Notes: generated by a model not told the origin, from the letters alone. Counted from the stretch's first letter, positions 11,924-22,940 are shown. The stretch is DNA of 64,000 nucleotides from Moniliella sp. 'wahieum' (GCA_003971905.1 RSEE01000046.1:186001-250000), one strand, 5' to 3'. Translations and numbers: made by a program.

Positions 11924-14900
11924 TTAATCTTCCTCTTCTTCCTCTTCGATCGGCACATCCGTAAAGGCTGGCGCAGCGACAGTACGCATCCTTGGGCCCG
12001 AGGGTACCGTGGCGTTGATTCCCCCAAGCGGGCCATGCGGGTGGCCCGTAGGAGGTGGGTGCGAGGCGACCGAGGCAAGATGATGAGTAACTGTCTCCAA
12101 CTGCGCCGCTACTCCATCTTCCGGTGGCGCGAGAGCTAGGGGCGCATGCACCATCATCCGACTAGCATACGGCGAGTCAGGCTTGCCGCGAGACTGCGTG
12201 GGGCGCCACCGGTTCCCCTCAGGTGGCACAAGCGGACGTAGCCCCGCAGCTTCCGGTCCATACCCAGGGAACGCATCCTCCTCCTCTTCCTCATCCACCC
12301 AGTCCTCGTCTTCGTCTTCTTCCGCTGCAAACACATCCCGCAACTTGGGCCGGAGCAGCGCCAGCAGCTCCTTTCTCTGTACCATCGAGGGAGACACACC
12401 CGAATCTACCCGTCCCGCCCAATCCGGGGGCAGTTTGCCCCAGCTCTGTAACCAAGTCGCGACTTCCTTGGGTGGTGGCGCTTCGTCCGACGCAGAGTCC
12501 CATCGACGGGGAGGTTTGAAAGAGGAACGTTTGCGGTGAGCAAAGAACTGTGATCGGAGCGGCCCTTCTTCCCCATCCAGGAAGGGTGATCGAGGAACAC
12601 GGAGTTCACTGACCCCATCCGAGTCCGCTAGGGAACGACGTCGCTGTGACCAGGTTCGACGGACTACAATAGTATGCGACTCGGTGGAGGAGCGCGACGA
12701 TGACGATGGCGTGGGGTGGACGTGGGCCTCGCATGGATCGGACAGATCTCGGCCGGGGACGTAACCGAAGAGATTGAGTCGACTCGGCCTAAAATACTGG
12801 ACGGACGCGAAGCGCTAGTACGGGCGCGCATGCGCGGTGTAGCAGTTCCCGCACCACTGGTCCAGTCCCCTGGACCCGGAGGCGCTGAGGAGCGGCTGGC
12901 CAGTGTGCTGCCACTCCGACTTTGGCGGCGCGTGCGCACCGTCCGCGCCGGGCGGGCATAGCTGACACTACCTTCACTGGTCCGGGTGAGGGCGGACGAC
13001 GCGCACTAGACTGTGAGGTGGTGGAGAGCCGGCGCGGGTTTCTTCGTGGCCGCACCGGGGTGCGCTGACGGCTGTTGCTCCGGGGTGCCAACGGTTCACC
13101 CGTACTAACGCTAAGATGGTCATCCCGCGGCAGATGGGTCAAACTGGATAGAGGGAAGCTAAGTGGGGTGTTGGGGTGGGGACGGTTTCTTGCGTTTGCG
13201 AAGTGGCATACTCAAACCTAGGCTAGGCTTGGAACTTGACCGTCTCTTGGTGATGGGGCTGACGCCTCAGATGGGCCTGGAACGAGAGAGGCGGAGGATG
13301 TCATCAGGAGCGGGAGACTCACTTCCCCGTTATGCGGGGAAGCTATCTTCTTCCCTCCGCCCGGCAGGACCGGCGGTTTTGGATCGGTAGTGCCAAGCCA
13401 AGTACGAACAGTGCTCAAACTGTTCAAGAACCGATTCTTATTTTTGCGCCCCTTCTTCCCATCCCGCATCTCAGCCGAGTCAGGACCAAACGCCCCGGAG
13501 CTGGAGCCGGGGTTGCCTGAGGGGAGCGATACAGAGCTGTCAGCCGGGTCGCGGGATGTTCCTGTCGGCTCCGGTTGAATGTGAAGGCGATCAGTCAGGT
13601 CGATGGGGGAGGCTGAACGGGAGGAGAGCGCCTGCCCAAGAGAAATGGTTGAAGTCGTTTGCTCCGTCTGCAATGTGGGTAGAGAGGGCCGCACCAGCAG
13701 AAGGTGGGGAGTGGTATGCGTCCGTTGATGGCCCCAACTTTCATATTCATCCCCTCGAGATGGCAATAGAGGTGCCGATAGGTTACGCTCCCCATCTGAC
13801 AGGCTGGGGTCTCTAGGGACATCGGCAGGCGAAGGTGAATAAAGCAATCGGTTCCCTTTTTGCGTCCAAGGAGACCCGGAGGAAACCTCCAAAGGCGGAC
13901 GGGTCGTAGGGGGTTGGGGCATATCGAATATTTCGCCCGGGGGGCACGCCCAGGGAATGCTGTGATCAGGCGGTTCCTTTGGTGGGGACGAACCGGGAGC
14001 GATAACGATTGCTGGAGGCGATTCCATACGGCGAGGTTCCGGGACGTCGGGAAGGGAAATGGGTTCCGTCTTTACGCTCGTCGGAGGCAGAGTGATTGAA
14101 GGCCCAGTGCTCTTGTGTTGTGGCCCAATATCCCGCCTTGGAAGAGAGAGAAGAAGGCGTTCCTCATTCTCTCTCTCCTCGGCGCGCGGGCAGCAGCAGC
14201 CACCAAATAGCACTGGCCGAATCACATGCATCCCGTCGGACTGAGCTGACGATGGAGCCCACGTCTAAGCCGAGCGTGGACATAGTGCTTAGAAGGTGTT
14301 GTTCAACTGGACGACTAAAGTGGGCACGGACACCTCTGGCGCTCTTGCTCTGTAGCAAAAGGAGCGCATGCCAGTCCGTCTCGTCATTTTCTGGGGGCAC
14401 GGTAAATGGGTCGGTGCTAATCGAGGGAAGCAGCGGTTCAATGGCGTGCATCAACGGGGAAGCAGGCAGACTTCTGTCTGTTAGTTTGGGCCAATGGGCG
14501 GGTGTGATATCAGCCTCATCCGAGGCAACATCAGTATCGACGGGGTCACCGGGGACCTCGTCCGGCGTAGCACCATCATCGACTGTGCAATCGCATCGTG
14601 GAACACGTCTGTGTCAGAACCAGAGTCATCCAGAATGCCCGGCGCTTCAGGAACGGGGGCCAAACCCAGAGCAAGGCCTGCGTGGTGGTCTGCGCCAATT
14701 TCTTCGATCGAAGGGGCAGTATACGAGTGGGCTCTACGGGGGAGACTGCGAATGCTGGCGTTTCGAGAAGTGGGTACCGCGAGTGGTGGCGGGGACGTGG
14801 TGGAAGGAACGGCGTCCATATTCATGTGAAACCAGGGGTGCTGGAGGATCTGGGGAATGGTAAGTCGTTTGGAAGGGTCGCGGACGAGGATGGCGCGCAG

Positions 14901-15780
14901 CAAGTCAGCGGCCTCTGAAGATGTTGTGATGTCAGCCGAGGTTAAAAGGAAGAGAGGGGCATAGTATAGCGTACCGGCGGAGACGTGTTGGGGCATATCG
15001 AACGAGCCGAGTAGGATCTTGGCGCGCATGATATCTTCACTATCGTCGTCAAACGGGAGGGAGCCAGTAAGAAGGGCATAGAGAATGACCCCGAGAGACC
15101 AGATGTCCACCTGGCGCCCACGGTACCGCTCGCCAAGGATCATCTCGGGGGCAGCATAACCGGTCGTGCCACAATACGTGTCGAGCAGCTCGTCGTCATC
15201 GAACTGGGACACAAAGCCAAGTCTGCAAGCTTGACGTTACACCGCTCGTCCAGTAGCACATTTTCCAGCTTGATGTCGCGGTGCACAATGCCCGCATCGT
15301 GCACGTACGCTACAGCCAAGCACAGCTGGCCAAGAAGGCGCCGCGCCTCGCGCTCCTCCAACCGGCCAGCGGCTGCTCCACCAGATAGTCGTATAGCCCG
15401 CCGGGGCACAGCTCACACACAAGCCAGATGCTGCCCTCTGTCCTCACAACCTCCAGCAGCTGCATCACGTGGCGGTGGCGCAGACGAGCATGCAGGTCCA
15501 CCTCACGCGCAAGCGCTGCCAACTCCTCGCCGCCGGTAGGCGCGCGGGATTTGTTTAACTGCGACGGCGCAGTGGGGAAGAAGAGAATGATGGGCCAAAC
15601 GGACGCGGCCAAAGGACCCTTCGCCAATGGTACGCCCCAGGCGGTAGTTGCCGAGAGCGCGAAGGCGGCGTGCGCCGAGAGCGCGGACACGGCGTGCATG
15701 CGCATGAGCAGCAGCGCCGTCGCCGTCGCTGCGGGGGCGGAGCTGCGCTGGCGACGGACTCGCCCGTTGTTCACACTCAT
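11924..15780 (-). CDS. Ser/Thr protein kinase, CAMK/CAMKL group (Ppk16/Kin1-like), with a long low-complexity C-terminus
   Basis: YRLGRTIGEGSFGRV, VAVKQI, HRDIKLENVLL, DTYCGTTGYAAPE, DIWSLGVILYALLTGSLPFD, RLTIPQILQHPWF. Intron at ~14919-14973. Acidic tail EDWVDEEEE...IEEEEEED* ends at 11924. Several frameshifts. Confidence 0.85.
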
Positions 15781-16847
15781 CGGCGCATCCAGCGGGACGC
15801 AAGGCCGGGCGAGAAAGTGGTGGCGGGGAGGAGGGGCACCCCGAATCAGTTGATTCTCCTGTGCGCAATCCAATCGAATCATTTCGACTGCGCACGAATT
15901 TGAGATGCGCTCACTTGCCACGCAAACGCCACCACAAATGCGCGCAGCAGCCGTGGCGCGGCGGACGACGCATACGCTTGCCGACCCGCTCGCCGCGTAC
16001 CACACCCGCGTTGCCGCCGGCCATCTCGCCCGCAACGGCGCTCAGATCCACGCCCTCGTCCTCCTCCGCCGCCTCGCCCGCACCCTCGCCGCCCAACACC
16101 AGCGCAATCCGCCGCCGACCCTAGTTCGTACCCAGACCCAGACCCACACCACACCCCCACCCCCGCCTCGTCTCCCGCCCCCACCAACCCATCACCAAGC
16201 CCTCGAACTCGAGAAATGGCTCGTGGCCTCGCCGCCACCTTCTCCACATGCTCCCCCCGGCGCGCTCCTGACGGGCTCCCTGGTGCGTAAGACCTGGTTG
16301 CCGACTGTTCCTCGCCTCCTCCCCCTGGCTTGGGCTTTCGACGGCACTACCATCACCTTTTACTCGAGATTTACGCAGTTGTCAATAGGGAAGCGGCACG
16401 AAGGGCCAAAGAGGCCCGCGCTGCCCGCACCGGGGCTCCAGCGGGTCCCATGGCACTACTTCATCGTGTTCGTCAGCTGGCCCAGCCGCACGCCAGCCGC
16501 CTTGCAAGTGTCTTCCGCCCTCCGGTCCACGACCGTGCCGTGGCCGCGGTCAAGCGCGCGAAGCAAGACAAGCTACAGTAGAAACGCAGGAAGTGGTGCG
16601 TGCGTCCCCTGCCACAGGGAGCGCCGCCTTGGCATCTGCCGCATTGGGCACGTCCACACTCGCCGAGTACGCCGCTGCCTGGCTGCTGGTATCGCAGGGC
16701 AAAGTGATGCTGGTGGATGAACTGCAGCTGCTTGATATCGCCTCGGCGGGCCTGCTGGCGCGAGTGTTGGCTGCATACTGGCGCCTCGGCGGGACGGTGG
16801 TGGGCACGTCCAACCGTGCGCCGCAGGAGTTGTATGCGCGGGCCAAC

Positions 16848-18047
16848 TGTTGGCCTAGGGAGCCGGACGGGCAGAAGGATGAGGAGAAGGTGATGGATTG
16901 GAGCCAGAGTTGGGTCTGGGTACAGAGGCATCTATATAGGAGGCTGGACTAGGCACAGGGACAGTGAGTCACACAGGAGAGAGTGCAGGGCACAGGGACA
17001 GTGACACGCAGGGACGTCAGCGTGGAAGCCGATGGAACCGAGGCGAACCTGGTCTACCGACTGGGAGCCAGAGGATCACAGTCAACACCCCCGCTGGCCA
17101 GGGAACCCGGAGACGTCGGTTGTGGATGAGCTCCTGCCAGTGGATGTAGAGAGGGGAGGACTTGAGTGGCAACCGGGACGAATGGCCTGGAGTTGTGCAT
17201 GGCCACACGACTGGCCTACACCCCGCTGTCCAGGATGACACCTGAACGAGCCGAGCGCTTGTGGTTGGTGTATTGTGCGACCGCCAGATGCTTGTAGAAG
17301 TCTTAGAAGTAAAAGTAGTAGGGGTTGCGCCCCGAACGATTTGGTGGGCAAAAGTAAAAAGCACCAGTTATAGGTGTAGTGAAAGAAAATTGGAAACTTG
17401 GAGTAAATGCGGTCCAAGGTCGTTTGGCATCAAAATTGGATGCGTTTGGTAGTTGTTTGGTTCCGCATGCCTGGTGCCAGTGGGGTCCATTGGGCATGGG
17501 AAATGAACGGGCGCTATGCGTCAACCGTCTTGATCTGTTTGGGTTCTCTTTGTTGTTGAAAAAGAGGAGTGGAAGAAGTTGGGTGACCACCCCCCCCATC
17601 CTTTCCCCAGGTGCCCCGGATGAATTGGCAATCCGGGGCGTGTAGCCGTGGGTGGGGCACTTGATGAGCAGCCACCCCCGCTTTCTGCGATTCGCCTGCG
17701 CCGTTTTGTCGTTGGAGGAATTTCGTCTCGTTGACGATACCCGACACGTTTTGTTCCGTCGTGTGTTGTCCCTAAAAATCATTGCCCCATCTGTGGGGGA
17801 CGAGTGTGCCGATTGTGGCGGTAGTATGCCGATTGTGGCGGTAGTATGCCGATTGTGGCGGTAAGGGAGTTGGGTCTGGGTACAGAGGCATCTATATAGG
17901 AGGCTGGACTAGGCACAGGGACAGTGAGTCACACAGGAGAGAGTGCAGGGCACAGGGACAGTGACACGCAGGGACGTCAGCGTGGAAGCCGATGGAACCG
18001 AGGCGAACCTGGTCTACCGACTGGGAGCCAGAGGATCACAGTCAACA
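16848..18047 (-). mobile_element. Non-autonomous LTR retroelement (TRIM-like), copy A, minus orientation, with a ~196-bp deletion removing the 5' LTR end and PBS
   Basis: 3' LTR at 16848-17087 (240 bp, TGTTG..CAACA termini). Internal region 17088-17866 is the reverse complement of copy B. Truncated 5' LTR at 17867-18047. Confidence 0.9.
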
Positions 18048-18270
18048 GAACCTTGTGGCCGTAGACGCCGATCGACATGGGTTCCCATTGCCGCCCTGGA
18101 GCAGCTCCTGAACACGGGTGTGGAAAGCGGGTAGATCGGATACAAAGTAGTTGCTGTTGTCAGCCAAGGGCCCAGACCGACGAAAGTCTTTACTACCTGC
18201 CATTGCGATTTGCGGGCAATGCAGTTCGAGCGCGTCGAGAAGGGCTGGAGCTGATTGCGCTGCACGTTGG
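18048..18270 (-). other. Inverted 223-bp internal segment of the AFG1 coding sequence
   Basis: The reverse complement starts CCAAC GTG CAG CGC and ends GGC CAC AAG GTTC. It joins ...ELYARA-N on the left to V-RIPHAC on the right. Confidence 0.93.
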
Positions 18271-19656
18271 TGTTGACTGTGATCCTCTGGCTCCCAGTCG
18301 GTAGACCAGGTTCGCCTCGGTTCCATCGGCTTCCACGCTGACGTCCCTGCGTGTCACTGTCCCTGTGCCCTGCACTCTCTCCTGTGTGACTCACTGTCCC
18401 TGTGCCTAGTCCAGCCTCCTATATAGATGCCTCTGTACCCAGACCCAACTCTGGCTCCAATCCATCACCTTCTCCTCATCCTTCTGCCCGTCCGGCTCCC
18501 TAGGCCAACAGAGCTACAATCTGATCCCCCCGGAAGGGAGCGCTCTTCAAGCAAGCCCACCCCCAAGCCTACAAGCCCAAGCTAAGCCGCCAAGCCCACA
18601 AGACACACCCGTCCTCCCGCCCAACAACACCACCGCCACAATCGGCACCTTACCGCCACAATCGCATACTACCGCCACAATCGGCATACTACCGCCACAA
18701 TCGGCACACTCGTCCCCCCAGATGGGGCAATGATTTTTAGGGACAACACACGACGGAACAAACGTGTCGGGTATCGTCAACGAGACGAAATTCCTCCAAC
18801 GACAAAACGGCGCAGGCGAATCGCAGAAAGCGGGGGTGGCTGCTCATCAGTGCCCCACCCACGGCTACACGCCCCGGATTGCCAATTCATCCGGGCACCT
18901 GGGGAAAGGATGGGGGGGGTGGTCACCCAACTTCTTCCACTCCTCTTTTTCAACAACAAAGAGAACCCAAACAGATCAAGACGGTTGACGCATAGCGCCC
19001 GTTCATTTCCCATGCCCAATGGACCCACTGGCACCAGGCATGCGGAACCAAACAACTACCAAACGCATCCAATTTTGATGCCAACGACCTTGGACCGCAT
19101 TTACTCCAAGTTTCCAATTTTCTTTCACTACACCTATAACTGGTGCTTTTTACTTTGCCCACCAAATCGCTTCGGGGCGCAACCCCTACTACTTTTACTT
19201 CTAAGACTTCTACAAGCATCTGGCGGTCGCACAATACACCAACCACAAGCGCTCGGCTCGTTCAGGTGTCATCCTGGACAGCGGGGGTGTAGGCCAGTCG
19301 TGTGGCCATGCACAACTCCAGGCCATTCGTCCCGGTTGCCACTCAAGTCCTCCCCTCTCTACATCCACTGGCAGGAGCTCATCCACAACCGATGTCTCCG
19401 GGTTCCCTGGCCAGCGGGGGTGTTGACTGTGATCCTCTGGCTCCCAGTCGGTAGACCAGGTTCGCCTCGGTTCCATCGGCTTCCACGCTGACGTCCCTGC
19501 GTGTCACTGTCCCTGTGCCCTGCACTCTCTCTGTGTGACTCACTGTCCTGTGCCTAGTCCAGCCTCCATATAGATGCCTCTGTACCCAGACCCAACTCTG
19601 GCTCCAATCCATCACCTTCTCCTCATCCTTCTGCCCGTCCGGCTCCCTAGGCAACA
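18271..19656 (+). mobile_element. Non-autonomous LTR retroelement (TRIM-like), copy B, structurally complete (~1.39 kb)
   Basis: 5' LTR at 18271-18510 and 3' LTR at 19421-19656 (TGTTG...CAACA, internal CTATATAG TATA-like box). Putative PBS at 18511-18524. G-run (AGCGGGGG) immediately before the 3' LTR. No recognisable gag/pol motifs. Confidence 0.92.
18632..18708 (+). repeat. 20-bp tandem repeat (ACCGCCACAATCGGCATACT) x~4 inside the LTR element; partial mirror copy at ~17806-17862
   Basis: Directly visible in both element copies. Confidence 0.9.
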
Positions 19657-20879
19657 GGTTCGGATCCCCCACGCGTGTCTTCCGTCCCAGGGGAAAGAAA
19701 GTATGGGAATGATATCCTTCGGAGCTCTCTGCGCTGATGAGCTTGCCGGGCAGATTATCTCTCTTTGTGCTCTACCTTCTCCATTTTGGCCATCAAGCAC
19801 GTTCCTCAACTCACGTTGGACGATAGTAAGCCTGGCGAACAAGGCGCACGCGATCAAACACGCAGATTCATCACTCTGATTGACGCTGCTTATGAGACGC
19901 GTACGCGTCTTCTCATCTCGGCTGACGTGCCAATTGACTCACTCTTCGGTTCACGCGGACCGACCACACACACTGAGCTCAACTCTCCTCAGCTTATCCA
20001 ACCGAAACGCTCAGCGAAGCGCGGCAGGACACGATGAAAACTTCCGTCCTAATGTGGGATGTATGACCGTGTGCAGGACCATCGTCTGAACCCTACTGCA
20101 TCTTCACTTCCAGAAAGCGGAGGCAAGCACTCTTCCCTTTCTCTAGCGAAGCGGAACAGTTTGCCACGGCCCGTGCCCTATCCCGGCTACACGAAATGGC
20201 CCGACCCACCTGGCCAACCGACCCATGGACGCCGCTTCCACCGGCTGTTCTGGCCCTCTGGGGAACTCGTGTCAACTGGTCCTCCGTCCCGCCCACCAGT
20301 GTGCTCCCAGAAAACTCGCAAGCGGCAACCAGGGAAGCTACTGGTCCGCTCCCTAGGATAGAAGAGCTACTGGAGGCGCCCGACGACCTCGCATCTACCG
20401 ACTATCAGTCCACCATCGTCAGGGCGCCCCCCACGCCATCCGCGCCCATCATATTTGGGGGGTGCGGGAGGACTGGGGCCGCGGGCCGGGCGCTGGGGCA
20501 AGGGCGCGGCTGTGTACGAAGCGAGTCACGAGGAGGCACAGGATCCGAACAAGTGACGCTCTAATGGATATTCTGTCAGCACTCGTTGAATGTAGGACGA
20601 GGTTTGGACAGAGGCATATTGGCCAAGTCCCAAGCTTGCCATTGCTTAATCAAGTGGCGGGTGTAGCAAAGCCTACCTAACCTTCACACAGTCCGTAATG
20701 ATAGAAGACCGTGTCTGCCTTTAATTTACTTGCACTCGATCAATAGCCAGTTGCCTCTCTGATCCTCCGGCCCCAGGGCCCGAACAACTCATCACTATCA
20801 TCAATGGGAGGGCATACTACTACCCAGTAGAATGTTGTCGCTGTGAGGAATGCATTGATACACAAAGAACGGGATGGAA

Positions 20880-22523
20880 TCAGAAGTGAGCCAGAAAGTT
20901 TGTACTTGTCCCCGGGTGTACCTGGGGCTTCTTTTGTGGCTTTTCATCCTCAGGCTCAGCCTTACGCTTGCTCTTACCCTTGGCCTTCTTTGGGATAGCA
21001 GGCTCCTCGATGACCTTCTGCTCAACCTCCTCCTCCTCCTCCTCCCCTCGGACGCGCTCTCGGGGTCCACCTCTTCCCAACCCTCCGACTCGTCATCGGT
21101 CAACTCTGCCCTCTTCTTCATCCGACCCATCCGGGTCAGCAAACTTGACCGCCTTTTTACCCTCTTTAGCGGGTCGCTCCGAAGGCGGGACAAAGAACAT
21201 GTACTCCCACTTGAGGGTACGGGGGTCAACGGGGCCTGGAAGCAGGCGGAGCTGACGGGGGGCATACTGCGCCTTCCATTCCGAGATGGGGAGGACGGCC
21301 TCATCCAGTCCGGCCAAGGTGGTGGGCAAGCGGTCGCCCAAGCTCGCGGCCTGAGCACTGGCGTCAGACCGCGAGAGCGGGGGCATGGCATAGTACATCA
21401 TCTTTTCATGACACCAATCAAAGATGAGTTTACGCATGATGGGTGTGATGGACGGCGCGCCACCGCGAGCAAGGTGTCCAATGGAACGGGCGAGATGAAC
21501 ACAGAGCTCATCAAACTCAGTCGCGGTGAGATCTGCACCCGAACGTGTCTCGGCACCAGCAGCAAAAGCCGGGAGACGGTAGAGAAGCTGCAAGTCCAAG
21601 ATGCGAGCGACGCGGGTGATGAGTGCTCGTGCTAGGGCTTCGATCGTCTTGGATTTTTGCATGGGGCCCTTGTTGCGTAGCAAAGCACGCAGCATCGCCG
21701 CCTCGTCATCCTTTCCTGGATCCTCGGAAGAAATGAGATGGGCCGTGTCGTAGACTGTGACAGGTGCGCCATCCCTCGCTTGAGCCAACATCCCCAGCGC
21801 AGAAGCCAAAGAGGAGCGGCCGGCATTTTCCATGCCACAGACTGCAACGCGGTTCCCGTCCTTGTTGCCCCAGGCTCGTATCTGCTCCAAGATTGGCGCG
21901 AGACCCAAAGGCTGCTCGCCTAGAGACACGGGAAATACTGGTGCCGAAAAACGGTTATGGAGGACAGAGGCCCAGGCATTAACCACCTCTCGTGGCACGA
22001 GATCGGTGCGTGTCAGGACATAGGCGAAATGCTTGCCCTTGGTCTCGACGTTCTGTTGCAGCGACGGCGTGACCCACGACAGGGGATCACGTGCATCAAT
22101 CGCAACAAGCACTGAAGCCACTTGGGCGTCATCAAGCAGCTCCGCAAGAGTGGCGCGGTACACGGGGGCCTGGAGTAGAAGAGCTTGTGCGGCATCCACA
22201 AACTCCTCCTCCTCCTCTGCCTCGTCCTCGCTCTCCTCAGTGGCAGCAGCACCCTTGAGTGCGCGCGCCTCCCTCGCACGCTCCTTGGCCTGAATCTTAG
22301 CGGCCTCTTCCGCGACGCGCTTTTGGCGGATCTCTTCGAGGAGCTGTTCCTTGAACGGATACGAGTTGGGGATGCCGGGGTCCTTCTTGATGCGACTGGT
22401 CCACTGCGGGTTCTTCTTGGCGTCGCGCCGAGCCTTGCGGTGGTGCTCGGCAACACGCTTCTTGATCTTGACGCGCTGCTTGGTTGACTGGCGCTTCGAA
22501 GGGGTAGGCTTCAGCTTGACCAT
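20880..22523 (-). CDS. NUG1: Nuclear circularly permuted GTPase of the NUG1/Grn1/GNL3 family (60S biogenesis)
   Basis: N-terminal GN3L_Grn1 signature SKRQSTKQRVKIKKRVAEHHRKARRDAKK...KKDPGIPNSYPFKEQLLEEI. Also DARDPL, a G1-like GMENAGRSS, ARSIGHLARGGAP and an acidic/basic tail. One frameshift near 21095. Confidence 0.85.
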
Positions 22524-22663
22524 GGTATGGGTGGGGCGGAGGTGGTAAGCAGGGCGAAGCAATGCCCAGTATCCGCAGTGTGGATGTGGATAGCGAAAAT
22601 TTGGCGGAACGCCCGCAGGCCCTATTCCGCCCTGCGAGCTATTGCACCGACAGACTGGGAGCA

Positions 22664-22767
22664 TCACGTGACATATGGTGCCAGTCGCGTTCTCCAGCGT
22701 GTCACTTGAGGATGCAAGATCCCATATATATTGCGGAACCCTAATAAATTTCTGCTGCGGAACCCTA
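22664..22767. promoter_or_regulatory. Candidate Cbf1-type E-box and paired Tbf1/telo-box-like sites in the divergent NUG1-RACK1 promoter
   Basis: TCACGTGA at 22664-22671. TGCGGAACCCTA direct repeat at 22732-22743 and 22756-22767. Confidence 0.4.
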
Positions 22768-22940
22768 TTGACCACCTGGTCGCGGTTTCCCGCTGGGCTC
22801 GTCGTCGTTGCCGCCGACACAGATCTTCCACCTCACAACCGATCTTGTGAGTATTCTGCAGAGACCGTGACTCGTGTCGCTCCATTCGGTTCTGTTAACT
22901 CTTCCTCCTCCTTCGTTTCTCTGGCCTTCAGCATCCAAAC

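Larger units (their letters stand above)
15905..20564 (+). pseudogene. AFG1: AFG1/LACE1 (ZapE-family) mitochondrial ATPase, disrupted by two LTR-element insertions and an internal inversion
   Basis: Arg-rich N-terminus resembling a presequence. DPLAAY...QIHAL; Walker B MLVDELQLLDIA; GTSNRAPQELY. The inverted piece encodes NVQRNQLQPFLDALELHC...KDFRR...VYGHKV. Downstream: RIPHAC...SFGALC and DQTRRFITLIDAAYETRTRLLISA. Confidence 0.85.

Noticed and set aside
11426..11930. MLDRLPPELV as the start of an F-box gene
   Set aside because: The similarity stops after ten residues and no coherent frame follows.
18048..18270. Invertible phase-variation switch controlling AFG1
   Set aside because: Flipping the spacer back would still leave two >1-kb insertions in the CDS, and no recombinase gene is visible nearby.
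17806..18708. 20-bp repeats as a CRISPR-like array
   Set aside because: The units are directly tandem with no spacers, the context is eukaryotic, and there are no cas genes.
18730..19491. 253-aa ORF inside the LTR element as a cargo gene
   Set aside because: It has no recognisable motif, is not preserved as one frame in copy A, and runs into the LTR.
16848..19656. A single foldback or DNA transposon with long terminal inverted repeats
   Set aside because: The outer flanks (CCAAC and GGTTC) do not match each other, each arm has its own direct LTRs, and the centre is host AFG1 sequence.
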